Source of the DNA: Synechococcus sp.
Lineage (GTDB): Bacteria > Cyanobacteriota > Cyanobacteriia > PCC-6307 > Cyanobiaceae
Direction: 5' to 3'
Length of the DNA: 64,000 nt
Assembly: GCA_047285305.1 (NCBI GenBank)
Contig: JBJBDL010000003.1
Span: 672,001 to 736,000, forward strand
Every line of letters begins with the position of its first letter. The first letter of the stretch is position 1. The translations under genes and the position numbers were made by a program. The notes under the pieces are model-generated. The model made no database searches. It saw only the letters and a program-made list of their open reading frames with translations, and was not told the origin of the DNA. Shown piece by piece: positions 31,980 to 41,408 of the stretch.

Positions 31980-33575
31980 ATGCAGTTGCTTGACAAACTT
32001 TCTATGCGTTCTCTTCTTAAAAAGAATACTGTAAATGCACATATTTTTCTTATATCTTTATTGATATTTATCGTCTTTATTTCGATAATGTGGCCTGATA
32101 CGCAGAGTTTAATTGCTCATGATGAGGGTCTTTATGCAAGGCGAGCAAAGTTAATATCTGACTCAGGAGATTGGTTCTCTCCATTTACATCGCCTCATCA
32201 CAAAACAGTTGGTTCGTATTGGGCAATCGCTATAAGTCTGAAGATCTTTGGAATTAGTGATTGGGCTTCTAGATTGCCGAGTGTTGTAGCAGGATATATA
32301 GCAACATTGTTTTTTTATTTTACTTCTCTGAGATACTTTAAGCCGCTTAATTCTTTGTTTGCTTCGTTATCATTAATTGCTATGCCTATTTATTTTCAGT
32401 CGTTGCGTACAGCAGGACCTGATATGATTTTCATTGCGCTAATAATGGCGCAAATATATTTTTTAACCTCTGCTAAAGACGCATCGCGTAGAATTTTTTG
32501 CTTGAAAATACTTTGCTTTGGTGCGTGCGTCACAATGTCCCTTTTTGTGCGAAGTTTGGCCGCATTAATACCACTTATATCGTTATTTCCGCTAATTTTG
32601 GCGCTACAATATTTGCGCAGTATCCAATTTTGGATTTGGGTAATAAGTGGTCTATTCCTAGGTTCAATACCATTAATATTTAACCTCTTATCGGTTTTTG
32701 GAGATCATGGATACTCTGGTTTGCTCTCTCTTGTGTCGTTTGCGTCGAGAAAAGCTGATGTGACTGAATGGAATTTATTCTCTAGTCTTCCCTTCTACTT
32801 CTCAAGGCTTGTATTATTTACTTTTCCTTCATTTGTCTTTCTTTTGTCACGCATGCAATCTTTTGGGAAAATAATATTTTCTGCCAAAGCTCCTGCATTG
32901 CGATTTGAGCTCAATGCGTTGACAATATTATTCCCATTAATCTATATGATCGTGCTGTCTTTTATGGGGACTAAGCATTATCATTATTTGCTGCCTCTTG
33001 TCCCCCTGCTTGCACTGAATATCGCGCGTATAGATTTAATATTTAAAAGAAGCATATTCAAGCTTGAGGCTATCTTTGCTGGTGTCATGCTTGTGCTTTA
33101 TATGTTGGGTGCATGCGCTCTTTATCTAAAACGTGATGATCTGGTTAATACCTCATTTTATACTGCATTTTTTGCCGTAATTCTTTCTTCTATTTTATGC
33201 TTTTATGCTTTTTATTCTAGAGTTTTTTCTAGGCGCAAGATTTCTCCTTTTGCTTCAATTTTCGCGTTTCTCATGGCGCAATATTTGACTATCTTTGCAT
33301 TATCGGCAAGCGGTATTATTTGGAGTACTAACAAGGAGCTCAAGGCATTGGCTAGCTCTCTGAATAGTGAGTGTAAGTCTGGTGTATATCTTTATGGGCT
33401 TCCTAGTAAAGACGAAACAGTCCTAAGATTTTACTTGGATAATTCTTATGTTTTGCAGTCTTTGGGCGGCTTTTCTGCTGCTCATGATAGGTGCTTTGTT
33501 TCTGTAGAATCTTCGAAGAAGCAGGTTTTGCGGGATTTATCTGGACATAAAATATCAAATTTTTATTTCAGGTAA
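31980..33575 (+). CDS. ArnT/PMT-like (GT-C) glycosyltransferase
   Basis: AHDEGLYA, SGDWFSP, HHKT, RLPS, K.YHYLLP motifs; start uncertain. Confidence 0.82.
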   Translation: MQLLDKLSMRSLLKKNTVNAHIFLISLLIFIVFISIMWPDTQSLIAHDEGLYARRAKLISDSGDWFSPFTSPHHKTVGSYWAIAISLKIFGISDWASRLPSVVAGYIATLFFYFTSLRYFKPLNSLFASLSLIAMPIYFQSLRTAGPDMIFIALIMAQIYFLTSAKDASRRIFCLKILCFGACVTMSLFVRSLAALIPLISLFPLILALQYLRSIQFWIWVISGLFLGSIPLIFNLLSVFGDHGYSGLLSLVSFASRKADVTEWNLFSSLPFYFSRLVLFTFPSFVFLLSRMQSFGKIIFSAKAPALRFELNALTILFPLIYMIVLSFMGTKHYHYLLPLVPLLALNIARIDLIFKRSIFKLEAIFAGVMLVLYMLGACALYLKRDDLVNTSFYTAFFAVILSSILCFYAFYSRVFSRRKISPFASIFAFLMAQYLTIFALSASGIIWSTNKELKALASSLNSECKSGVYLYGLPSKDETVLRFYLDNSYVLQSLGGFSAAHDRCFVSVESSKKQVLRDLSGHKISNFYFR

Positions 33576-33606
33576 ATTATTGACTCGACGAGTTACCGCT
33601 AATTTC

Positions 33607-35136
33607 CTAGGGTATTAAGCTTTCTATGGGGATCAAATATGTCTTCTCGTTTGTGTCTATGGAGGACATATTATGCGCCTGAATCAAATCCTTAATTCTA
33701 TTAGATTCGGCTTCTTGCATCGGCGTATAAGTGTTATGCCAGCTCAGGCTGCCTGTTAAGTAGCTGGCTCCATCGTCTTTGAGCTTTTTGAGTTGATCCA
33801 GTGTTAATTCCTTGCTTGGGATAATCCATCCCTGTCTTCGTGCAAGGTTTAACAGCGTTGGGTCTGAATCAGTGACACTCACAACTCGGGCATGGGCTGG
33901 AATTTCTCTTCGAATACTTTCTGCAAGTGGCATCCAGATGCTGCGTTGTCGTGTTTCTACTGCCCAGTAGTCAATTGAGAGGATTAAAAGGCTGGCGATT
34001 AATGTGATGCTGAGCAACATTTGAATCTGCCAGCGTCGTTGTTTGTATTCTAAGGTTTGCCATCCCAGTCCTATAAGCGGTGAGCTGAATAGTAAAAAGG
34101 GAAATTGGTAATACTCATGCACGGTGCTTGATCTCATCGTCGCAACGGTGCAAATCAGCATCCCGATTGCTCCTCCAAGTGCGATGCGCCCTCCGCCAAA
34201 TCTCCAGCTCCTCATGGTGCCGATCATTAGTAGGGGGACTCCTGTTACGACAAGCGCGCGTAGACCAGTTCGGATTGAAAGGTTCACCCAGCTTGAGAGA
34301 TTTAGTGCTAGTCCGATGTTGCTGCGATCGCTGTCCTCTCCCCAGAATCCAAACGTCAAACCGCTTGCTTCACCTAGCTGGTAGGCATGCACGTACCAGG
34401 CTGACGTAACCGCCAGAGCCGTTGATGCATACACCCAGAACCAGGGATTCAGAGTCAAGCGTAAGAGCCGTCGCAGGATCTGCTCAGGAGATTCCGCATT
34501 CGCGCGAGGCGAAGGTGTGAGCTGCACGAGCAGTAGAGGCAGGCCTAGCCAGAGCAAGGGAATCACTTTGATTAGTGCCGCTGCGGTAAAGCAAATCCAG
34601 CTCAGGCTCAGTGCCCACGCTTTTCGTCGTTCAACAAAGATGCTGTGGGCTTCTAGTGATCCCGCGGCACACAACACCAATAAGGCTTCTGCTTGAAAGG
34701 TCCTTCCGTAGTAGACCCCCAAGGGTGCGAGGGCGAAGGCTAGGCCCGCCCACCAACCGACCTGGGGGGTGAACCAACGCCGGCCCAGGCGCATCACCAG
34801 CCAGATGGTCAGTGCGCTGCAGAGCACTGACAGCCCGCGGCCCAGCCATTCCTGTACGCCCATCAGGTTGTACAGGCGGCTCACCAGAAAGGGGTAGATG
34901 GGAAATTCCGATTCCACAAAGCCGGCACTTGCACCGCTCCAATCGATCTGAGGCAGCCAGATCGGTGTGCCTGCCTGGCTGAAATGCCTTGCCATGGCTG
35001 CAGTGTCGGCTTGCCGCCAGCTGTGAATGCCGACCACGGGCATCCAGATCTGCACCAGCCGCAGAAGGCTTCCCAGGCCGATGGGCAGCCAGGTCGGCTT
35101 AAGGGCTGTTCCAGACAAATCGGGATGAGGCCGCAT
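33607..35136 (-). CDS. ArnT/PMT-like (GT-C) glycosyltransferase
   Basis: HSWRQADTAAMARHF, ESEFPIY, HEYYQ motifs, many TMs; ATG at 35136. Confidence 0.8.
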   Translation of the reverse strand: MRPHPDLSGTALKPTWLPIGLGSLLRLVQIWMPVVGIHSWRQADTAAMARHFSQAGTPIWLPQIDWSGASAGFVESEFPIYPFLVSRLYNLMGVQEWLGRGLSVLCSALTIWLVMRLGRRWFTPQVGWWAGLAFALAPLGVYYGRTFQAEALLVLCAAGSLEAHSIFVERRKAWALSLSWICFTAAALIKVIPLLWLGLPLLLVQLTPSPRANAESPEQILRRLLRLTLNPWFWVYASTALAVTSAWYVHAYQLGEASGLTFGFWGEDSDRSNIGLALNLSSWVNLSIRTGLRALVVTGVPLLMIGTMRSWRFGGGRIALGGAIGMLICTVATMRSSTVHEYYQFPFLLFSSPLIGLGWQTLEYKQRRWQIQMLLSITLIASLLILSIDYWAVETRQRSIWMPLAESIRREIPAHARVVSVTDSDPTLLNLARRQGWIIPSKELTLDQLKKLKDDGASYLTGSLSWHNTYTPMQEAESNRIKDLIQAHNMSSIDTNEKTYLIPIESLIP

Positions 35137-36229
35137 AGTTCCAGACGTATACGACAACAATGCCCGCCAGTTGGGCCCAGAGCGCATGGGCCTGAATCAG
35201 GGTGTAAAAACTGGTCGCAAGCCCGACGTTGGCAAGCGCCGGTAGGGAGGCCACCAGGAGGAATTTGAGCAGCCCCCGGATCAGTTGCCGGCCGCTCTGG
35301 CGTCGGTCGCGGAAGGTGAGGGCATTGTTCACCAGATAGTTCGAGCTTGCGGCGGTGATCACTGCCACAGGAAGCGCCTGCTGAAACGCCAGATTCAACA
35401 GGCCCATCAGCAGTGCTGTCGATAGCAGCTGCACGACTACGCCTGAGGCGCCCACAAGCCCGAAGCTGATGGCCCGACGCGGCAGCAGTCGCAGGGTTGA
35501 TGTGTGAATCAGGGACACGACGAAGTCCCAGAGGACGGCGAGATCGAGCTTGGAGCTGCCATGCAGCCGCGGCTGAAAGCGCAGCGGGATTTCTCCTACC
35601 TGCAGGCGGCCGCGACTGATGGCCAGGAGTTCGTAGAAAAATTTGAAGCCGTTCACGTCCACTTGACGCACCAGCGGCAGGCAGCGGTCGAGGCGCAGCA
35701 CCATGAAGCCGCTCATGCAGTCGCTCAGGTGCTGGTATGACCTTGGAAGACTCCAACGGGCCAGACGATTGGCGAGGGTAGAGCCATCGGTGCGTCGTTC
35801 ACTGAGTCCTCGGATTTCTGAGTGGTCGAGGAAGCGGCTCCCCGCCACAAGGTCCAGTCCTTTTCGATCCAGCAGCTGCACGGCCTCGCCAACGGATGTG
35901 GGTTCGTGCTGTCCATCGCTGTCCATGACCACGGCGATGGGATGGAGAGCTGCGATCAGGCCTTCCTTAATGGCGCTTGCCAGTCCGGAGCGTCCCACAC
36001 GTTGGATGATCCGAATCCTTGGATCTCTGCGGGCCAGGGAGCGAACTAGGTCAGGGGTGCCATCCCTGGAATCGTCGTCGACGACCAAGATTTCAAAAGG
36101 ACGATCCGTCCCTAGCCGAAGCAGGGATTCGATCACCTGGCGAATGGACCCGCCTTCGTTGAAGGTGGGCAACACAATCGACAGGCCGCTATGGCTTGTC
36201 GGTCCTTCACGTTCCGCAGTGGACGACAC
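35099..36229 (-). CDS. Polyprenol-phosphate glycosyltransferase (GT2, DPM1/GtrB-like) fused to a GtrA-like domain
   Basis: LSIVLPTFNE, VDDDSRDGT, MDSDGQH, GSRF, D.MSGF, R.HGSSKL; C-terminal FGLVGASG...NY..N..LTF...NY..S..FVW. Confidence 0.9.
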   Translation of the reverse strand: MSSTAEREGPTSHSGLSIVLPTFNEGGSIRQVIESLLRLGTDRPFEILVVDDDSRDGTPDLVRSLARRDPRIRIIQRVGRSGLASAIKEGLIAALHPIAVVMDSDGQHEPTSVGEAVQLLDRKGLDLVAGSRFLDHSEIRGLSERRTDGSTLANRLARWSLPRSYQHLSDCMSGFMVLRLDRCLPLVRQVDVNGFKFFYELLAISRGRLQVGEIPLRFQPRLHGSSKLDLAVLWDFVVSLIHTSTLRLLPRRAISFGLVGASGVVVQLLSTALLMGLLNLAFQQALPVAVITAASSNYLVNNALTFRDRRQSGRQLIRGLLKFLLVASLPALANVGLATSFYTLIQAHALWAQLAGIVVVYVWNYAASSRFVWNSP

Positions 36230-36252
36230 ATTGCGCTCCAGTCGGGCTCAGG

Positions 36253-37863
36253 CTACCGACAGTTGCCAAGCGTCCATCGCCCCGCTCGGCCTTCAATGAC
36301 GCAGTCTTCCTGGGGTTTGTCGCTGAGCCGGTGACCTGGGCCCCACTGGAAACGCTGAATGCGTTGTTCGGCATACCAGTTGAGGCTGGGACGTTCGTCG
36401 TAGCCCTTCAGCCTGATCTCATGTACAGCGTTGGCTCTCGCCAAGGCTGCTGCCGGTTGCACGGGCCAGGTTTCGTTGAGTTCCCACAACCACAGTGGGG
36501 ATTGAAACAACAGGGCCAGTGCTGCCACATTGCCGCAGCTGAGGCTGATTACCCCGAGGCGTCGTCTCTGTGGTGCGTCAGAGCGCAGCCACCATCCGCC
36601 ACCCCACCAGCCAAGGCCCAGCACACTCGCCAGGCTGCGGTAAGGCGCCAGGCTGCTGCCGATGTCGCTGAAGCTGCTTAGTACCAGCAGCAGGAGCAGC
36701 AGCCCGAGCCCGCACCAGAACATAGGAAGTTGTAAGAGCAGCCAGCGCCAGGGGGGCTTTGGGTTGCCAGGTGAATTCGACGGAGAAGGTGGGCGGTCCA
36801 CCAGCCAGGCCAGCAGCGGAGCAGAAAGCAGGGCGAGCGGCAGCCAGAGTGGGTGGCTGTACCAGGGGAGCTGGGTGCGCAGCGGAAGAATGGCCCCGGC
36901 CAGGGTCAGCAGGCAGGCTAGAGACCATCGCCCCCAGCGGCTCTGACGGCATCGCCAGGCCCAGATCAGGGCGAAGGGCAGCAGCGGCAGCCAGGGCCAC
37001 CCCCCCTCCAGTACTTCGATCATCGGGACGCGCCAGCCCAAATCACTGCCTTCGCCGGCATCCAGAAGAACTCGACCGGCGCCATCTCCGCCCCACAGCC
37101 AGAGAGCTTGGTTTCCGCGGATGTGGGCATGCCAGAGATGCCAGCCGACCCCTGGCGCCAGCCCCAGCAGCATCCCGCCAAATGCTGCTGCTTGGTTGTT
37201 CCAGGTTTTCCATTCCCGGCCCCAGGCCAGTGCCAAGCCTCCAGCTGCCACCGCGGGCACCAGCAGCGGGGCCTTGAGCAGCAGCATGGCGCTGGCCATC
37301 AGGCCGGCGACGGCCCCCCAGAGTGCGCTGTATCGGCTGGAGTTGAGCTTCAATAGGGCCAGCCAAAGCAGAGCCATGGCCGACAGCTGGGTGCCATCCA
37401 GCATGGCCAGACGTCCGTGCCTGGCCACAGGCAACAGGGTCAGCAGAATTATGCTGGTGGCGAGGGAGCTGGAGCGATCTCCCGGCCGCAGTGTCCATTG
37501 CAGCCAGCCCCCAAGGGGCACCACCAGGCATGACAGCAAGGCCGGTGCCAGACGGATCGTCCACTCTGAAGGGAGCTGGTCGGGTTGGGTTGTTGTTCTG
37601 ATCAGGAGGGCGATCAGGCTGTGCAGACCTGGTGCCTTGTTGAGGTAGGGCTTGTCCCAGAGGGTGGGCAGCAACGGGGCTTCTCCCAGCCCGTGGCGAA
37701 GTTCGAGGGCCACCCGGGCCACGGTGGCTTCATCGAAGTCACGCAAGGGGAGATCGCCAAGGCCGATCAGGGCCAGCACAGCAGCTGCCAAGCCGAGTGT
37801 CGTCAATGCGATCCAGGGTGCTGCGTCAGGAGCTGAGCCGGAGCGCATGGGGCCCCTCATCAC
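36253..37863 (-). CDS. ArnT/PMT-like (GT-C) glycosyltransferase
   Basis: LRDFDEA..ARVA, YLNKAPG, RLAMLD, LLKAP, LPWY motifs. Confidence 0.85.
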   Translation of the reverse strand: MMRGPMRSGSAPDAAPWIALTTLGLAAAVLALIGLGDLPLRDFDEATVARVALELRHGLGEAPLLPTLWDKPYLNKAPGLHSLIALLIRTTTQPDQLPSEWTIRLAPALLSCLVVPLGGWLQWTLRPGDRSSSLATSIILLTLLPVARHGRLAMLDGTQLSAMALLWLALLKLNSSRYSALWGAVAGLMASAMLLLKAPLLVPAVAAGGLALAWGREWKTWNNQAAAFGGMLLGLAPGVGWHLWHAHIRGNQALWLWGGDGAGRVLLDAGEGSDLGWRVPMIEVLEGGWPWLPLLPFALIWAWRCRQSRWGRWSLACLLTLAGAILPLRTQLPWYSHPLWLPLALLSAPLLAWLVDRPPSPSNSPGNPKPPWRWLLLQLPMFWCGLGLLLLLLVLSSFSDIGSSLAPYRSLASVLGLGWWGGGWWLRSDAPQRRRLGVISLSCGNVAALALLFQSPLWLWELNETWPVQPAAALARANAVHEIRLKGYDERPSLNWYAEQRIQRFQWGPGHRLSDKPQEDCVIEGRAGRWTLGNCR

Positions 37864-38158
37864 ATCAAAAACTGAGTATGGTCCTGATGTTCAGAATGCA
37901 GCGGCGTGGAGGGGTGAATTCTTCCTTCGGGAGGTGTGCACAACTTCGAAGGCGTTGCCGGCATTCACAATCCTTCAGGAGGAGGTGTCCATGATTTCCA
38001 GTTGTTTGATCCAGGGTCTGCTGATCGCGGAGAACGCCGGCTGAACGGCGCCTTCTGACTGATCATCCGGTTCCGCGGCAAAAGCGGGCCCGGCGAGAGC
38101 CCCCGTCCGGGTTTCCGGGCGGGGGCATCGTTTTGGCGGCACCTCTCCTCTTTAAACG

Positions 38159-38172
38159 GTATTTACCGATAC
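38159..38172 (+). promoter_or_regulatory. Candidate NtcA box upstream of porin 1
   Basis: GTA-TTTACCGA-TAC matches GTA-N8-TAC; a second imperfect GTA-N8-CAC lies at 38181-38194. Confidence 0.5.
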
Positions 38173-38267
38173 ATGTCGATGTAAGTACCGGCACAAGCAG
38201 AGCTTGTTTATGAATGGTCGGCCCTCAAAATCCGGATTGGCGCTATTGCGCCTATTTCCTGTGTGAG

Positions 38268-38712
38268 GAACCCAAATGAAGCTTTTCCAGCAACTGCTGG
38301 TGGCTCCTGCCGCCCTTGGCCTGATGGCCGCTGGCGCTAATGCTGCCGAGCTGAACATCAACGGCGTTTCTGATTACGCGGCTTCCGCTGATCAGGTCAC
38401 CAGCGTCACCCAATTCTCCGACGTCTACCCCACCGACTGGGCTTATCAGGCTCTGGCTGGTTTGGTTGAGACCTACGGCTGCGTTGCCGGTTACCCCAAC
38501 GGCACCTTCCGTGGCAACCGTGCCATGACCCGCTTCGAAGCGGCTGCCCTGCTCAACGCTTGCCTCGACCGCGTCACCGAAGTGACCGACGAGCTGCGTC
38601 GCCTGATGGCTGAGTTCGAAACCGAGCTGGCCATCCTCAAGGGTCGTGTTGACGGCCTCGAGGCCCGCGTTGGCGAACTGGAAGCAACCCAGTTCTCCAC
38701 CACCACCAAGCT
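38268..38712 (+). repeat. Copy 1 of a ~445-bp direct repeat (porin 5' region)
   Basis: Four mismatches against 39898-40342 by manual alignment. Confidence 0.92.
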
Positions 38713-39694
38713 GAAGGGTTACACCGCCTGGGTGCTGGGTGCCCTCGATGGTATCGATGGCAAAGAAGCCACTACCCTCAACTACGACCTCCGTCTGAAG
38801 CTGGCTACCTCCTTCACCGGTAAGGATCAGCTGACCACCGTTCTGCGGTCTGGCAACTTCGACGATTCCAACTTCAGCTCTGGTCTGACTTTCGTCGAGA
38901 CCGCTATGACGAGCAAGAACAACGTCAAGGTTGGCCGTTTGTTCTACACCTTCCCCGTTGGTGACTCCCTGAGCGTCACCACAGGTCCCATCGTTCGCTC
39001 GGACGATGCCTCCATGTACGCCGGCTATGCCACGTACTACCCCTCTGACCTGCTGCTGGACTTCTTCACCTACGGCGGTGCACCTACCACCAACAACCTG
39101 GGCTTCACTGGCTCCGGTGTCGGTGCTGTGTACACCTTGGGCAATGGCTTCAAGGTGAGCGGCAACTACGTTGCTAAGACTGGCGCTGATTCCAGCACCG
39201 GCATTGGCACTGACGAATCTGCCTCTACCTCTTCTTGGCAGCTGTTCTACGAAGGTGAAGCCTTCGATGGCAACCTGCTTGCTCAGGTTGGCTATGCCTA
39301 TGAGCAAGGCGTTGGTCTCGCCATTGGTAACTCTTCTACGGCTGACCGCGAGGGCTACAGCGTTGCTGCAGCTTGGAAGCCTGCTGATTCAGGCATCATG
39401 CCTTCCATCAGCACCGGTTATGCCACAGCAGATGAAGAGGGCGTAAGCGACGACATCGATTCCTGGTATGTCGGTCTCGAGTGGAGCGATGTGTTCGTTG
39501 AGGGCAACTCCTTCGGTGGCGCAATCGGTTCTGCCCCTGCATACGAAGATGGTGTCGATAACACCATGTGGGAAGTCTTCTACAGCTTTGCTGTGAGCGA
39601 CAACATCACTGTTACCCCTGCAATCTTCGGCATCGACGAGGATGGCAAGGAAGATGTGTTTGGCGGCATCATGAAGACCACCTTCACCTTCTGA
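38276..39694 (+). CDS. som: Som-type outer-membrane porin 1 (SLH domain, coiled coil, beta-barrel)
   Basis: Signal peptide, [23 protein letters not shown] domain, FSTTTKL, terminal TTFTF. Confidence 0.95.
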   Translation: MKLFQQLLVAPAALGLMAAGANAAELNINGVSDYAASADQVTSVTQFSDVYPTDWAYQALAGLVETYGCVAGYPNGTFRGNRAMTRFEAAALLNACLDRVTEVTDELRRLMAEFETELAILKGRVDGLEARVGELEATQFSTTTKLKGYTAWVLGALDGIDGKEATTLNYDLRLKLATSFTGKDQLTTVLRSGNFDDSNFSSGLTFVETAMTSKNNVKVGRLFYTFPVGDSLSVTTGPIVRSDDASMYAGYATYYPSDLLLDFFTYGGAPTTNNLGFTGSGVGAVYTLGNGFKVSGNYVAKTGADSSTGIGTDESASTSSWQLFYEGEAFDGNLLAQVGYAYEQGVGLAIGNSSTADREGYSVAAAWKPADSGIMPSISTGYATADEEGVSDDIDSWYVGLEWSDVFVEGNSFGGAIGSAPAYEDGVDNTMWEVFYSFAVSDNITVTPAIFGIDEDGKEDVFGGIMKTTFTF

Positions 39695-39732
39695 TCAAAA
39701 GATTGAGTCCTAGGGCTCTTCTTCAGATCTTT

Positions 39733-39764
39733 AGCCCTCCACCTTTGGTGGGGGGCTTTTTTTT
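39733..39764 (+). terminator. Porin 1 intrinsic terminator
   Basis: AGCCCTCCACC-ttt-GGTGGGGGGCT followed by a T-run. Confidence 0.88.
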
Positions 39765-39786
39765 GGCGTCACAAAGCAATTGGATG

Positions 39787-39800
39787 GTCTTAATCGATAC
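39787..39800 (+). promoter_or_regulatory. Degenerate NtcA-like box upstream of porin 2
   Basis: GTC-TTAATCGA-TAC; shares GGT....A.CGATACAT with the porin 1 site at a similar distance from the ATG. Confidence 0.35.
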
Positions 39801-39897
39801 ATAAACAACCCTTGATTTGCCTTTAGCGACGGAGTGAAGCCGCGCCAATACTGTGATGCAGCTGGCATGTCTTGCCGGCACTTTTCTCTTGGTGTGA

Positions 39898-40342
39898 GAA
39901 CCCAAATGAAGCTTTTCCAGCAACTGCTGGTGGCTCCTGCCGCCCTTGGCCTGATGGCCGCTGGCGCTAATGCTGCCGAGCTGAACATCAACGGCGTTTC
40001 TGATTACGCGGCTTCCGCTGATCAGGTCACCAGCGTCACCCAATTCTCCGACGTCTACCCCACCGACTGGGCTTATCAGGCTCTGGCTGGTTTGGTTGAG
40101 ACCTACGGCTGCGTTGCCGGTTACCCCAACGGCACCTTCCGTGGCAACCGTGCCATGACCCGCTTCGAAGCGGCTGCACTGCTCAACGCTTGCCTCGACC
40201 GCGTCACCGAAGTGACCGACGAGCTGCGTCGCCTGATGGCTGAGTTCGAAACCGAGCTGGCCATCCTCAAGGGTCGCGTTGACGGCCTCGAGGCCCGCGT
40301 TGGCGAACTGGCAGCAACCCAGTTCTCCACAACCACCAAGCT
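39898..40342 (+). repeat. Copy 2 of the porin 5' direct repeat
   Basis: Matches 38268-38712 with four mismatches. Confidence 0.92.
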
Positions 40343-41408
40343 CAAAGGTAAAGCCACCTTTGTGGCTGGTGCCATGGATTCTGAAGAGGCTGGTGCTCAG
40401 GCTGACGACGATGCCTTCAGCTTCTCTTACGACTACCGGCTTGGTCTGAAGACCTCCTTCACTGGAAAAGATCTTCTGTTTGCTCGCCTGCGTGCCGGCA
40501 ACATGAAAGATGGTTCCGCTTTCTCTGGCGGCTTCCGAAAGTTGGATGTTTCCGGTATGTCCGGCAACACCTTCAAGCTTGATCGCTTGTACTACAAGTT
40601 CCCGGTGGGTTCGGGTATTACAGCCATTGCTGGTCCTATGGCTCGTAACACCGAAAGCCTTGGCATGAAGCCAACGGCATACACGGTGAAGACTTTGAAT
40701 ATGTTCGGTGGCCAGTTTGGTGCTGGCAACGTTTACAACAAAGAGACCGGCGGTCTCGTTGGTGTGATCTGGAAGCAGAAAGTTGCCAAGGGTGAGCCCC
40801 GCTTGACAGCTGCTCTGAACTACGTCGCTGATGACGGGGAACAGGCCAGCTCCGCTAAGGGCATGTTCACTGCTCAATCCAAGGGCAACACCACCGCTCA
40901 GATTGGATACGGCACCAAGCAGTGGGGAGCTGCTCTTGGTTACCGCTATGGCCAGTGTGGTGCAGGCTTCGGCACGGCATACAAGTCTGTCAAGCAGAGC
41001 TGTGGCAGCGACAATGTCGACTCCCAGAACTTTGCTCTGAATGGCTTCTGGAAGCCTGAGGAGACTGGTTTCATTCCTTCCGTAAGCCTTGCCTACGGCT
41101 GGTCTGATCTTGAAGGCAGCACCGTCGACGAGGCCCGCACTTGGATGGTGGGTCTTCAGTGGGACAAAGTCGCGAATACCTCCCACAGCCTGGCTGTTGG
41201 TTTTGGAGCTCCCTTGTATGTCGAGTCCCAAGACGGTACTGACCCCGATGCTCCCGATCTCGCTTGGGAAGCCTCTCTGAAGTACAAGGTCTCCAGCAAG
41301 ATCACCATGATTCCTGCAATCTTCTATCTGCCTGAGTCCAGCTCCAGCCAGGGTGTATCTGGCAAGGAGCAGTTTGGTGCCGTCCTCCAGACCGTCTTCA
41401 AGTTCTGA
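39906..41408 (+). CDS. som: Som-type outer-membrane porin 2
   Basis: Same signal/SLH region as porin 1 (ATG 39906), divergent barrel, terminal TVFKF. Confidence 0.95.
   Translation: MKLFQQLLVAPAALGLMAAGANAAELNINGVSDYAASADQVTSVTQFSDVYPTDWAYQALAGLVETYGCVAGYPNGTFRGNRAMTRFEAAALLNACLDRVTEVTDELRRLMAEFETELAILKGRVDGLEARVGELAATQFSTTTKLKGKATFVAGAMDSEEAGAQADDDAFSFSYDYRLGLKTSFTGKDLLFARLRAGNMKDGSAFSGGFRKLDVSGMSGNTFKLDRLYYKFPVGSGITAIAGPMARNTESLGMKPTAYTVKTLNMFGGQFGAGNVYNKETGGLVGVIWKQKVAKGEPRLTAALNYVADDGEQASSAKGMFTAQSKGNTTAQIGYGTKQWGAALGYRYGQCGAGFGTAYKSVKQSCGSDNVDSQNFALNGFWKPEETGFIPSVSLAYGWSDLEGSTVDEARTWMVGLQWDKVANTSHSLAVGFGAPLYVESQDGTDPDAPDLAWEASLKYKVSSKITMIPAIFYLPESSSSQGVSGKEQFGAVLQTVFKF

Larger units (their letters stand above)
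30043..33606. other. Low-GC, probably horizontally acquired cassette
   Basis: Abrupt AT-rich shift right at the end of the psbD fragment (18/60 GC in 30361-30420) against GC-rich flanks. Confidence 0.85.

Noticed and set aside
37652..38044. 130-aa ORF upstream of porin 1
   Set aside because: Half of it is antisense to the GT-C gene and it has no recognisable features
38252..41231. Long antisense ORFs (351 aa and 502 aa) opposite the porins
   Set aside because: They mirror strongly codon-biased genes, which suppresses antisense stop codons, and show no recognisable motifs
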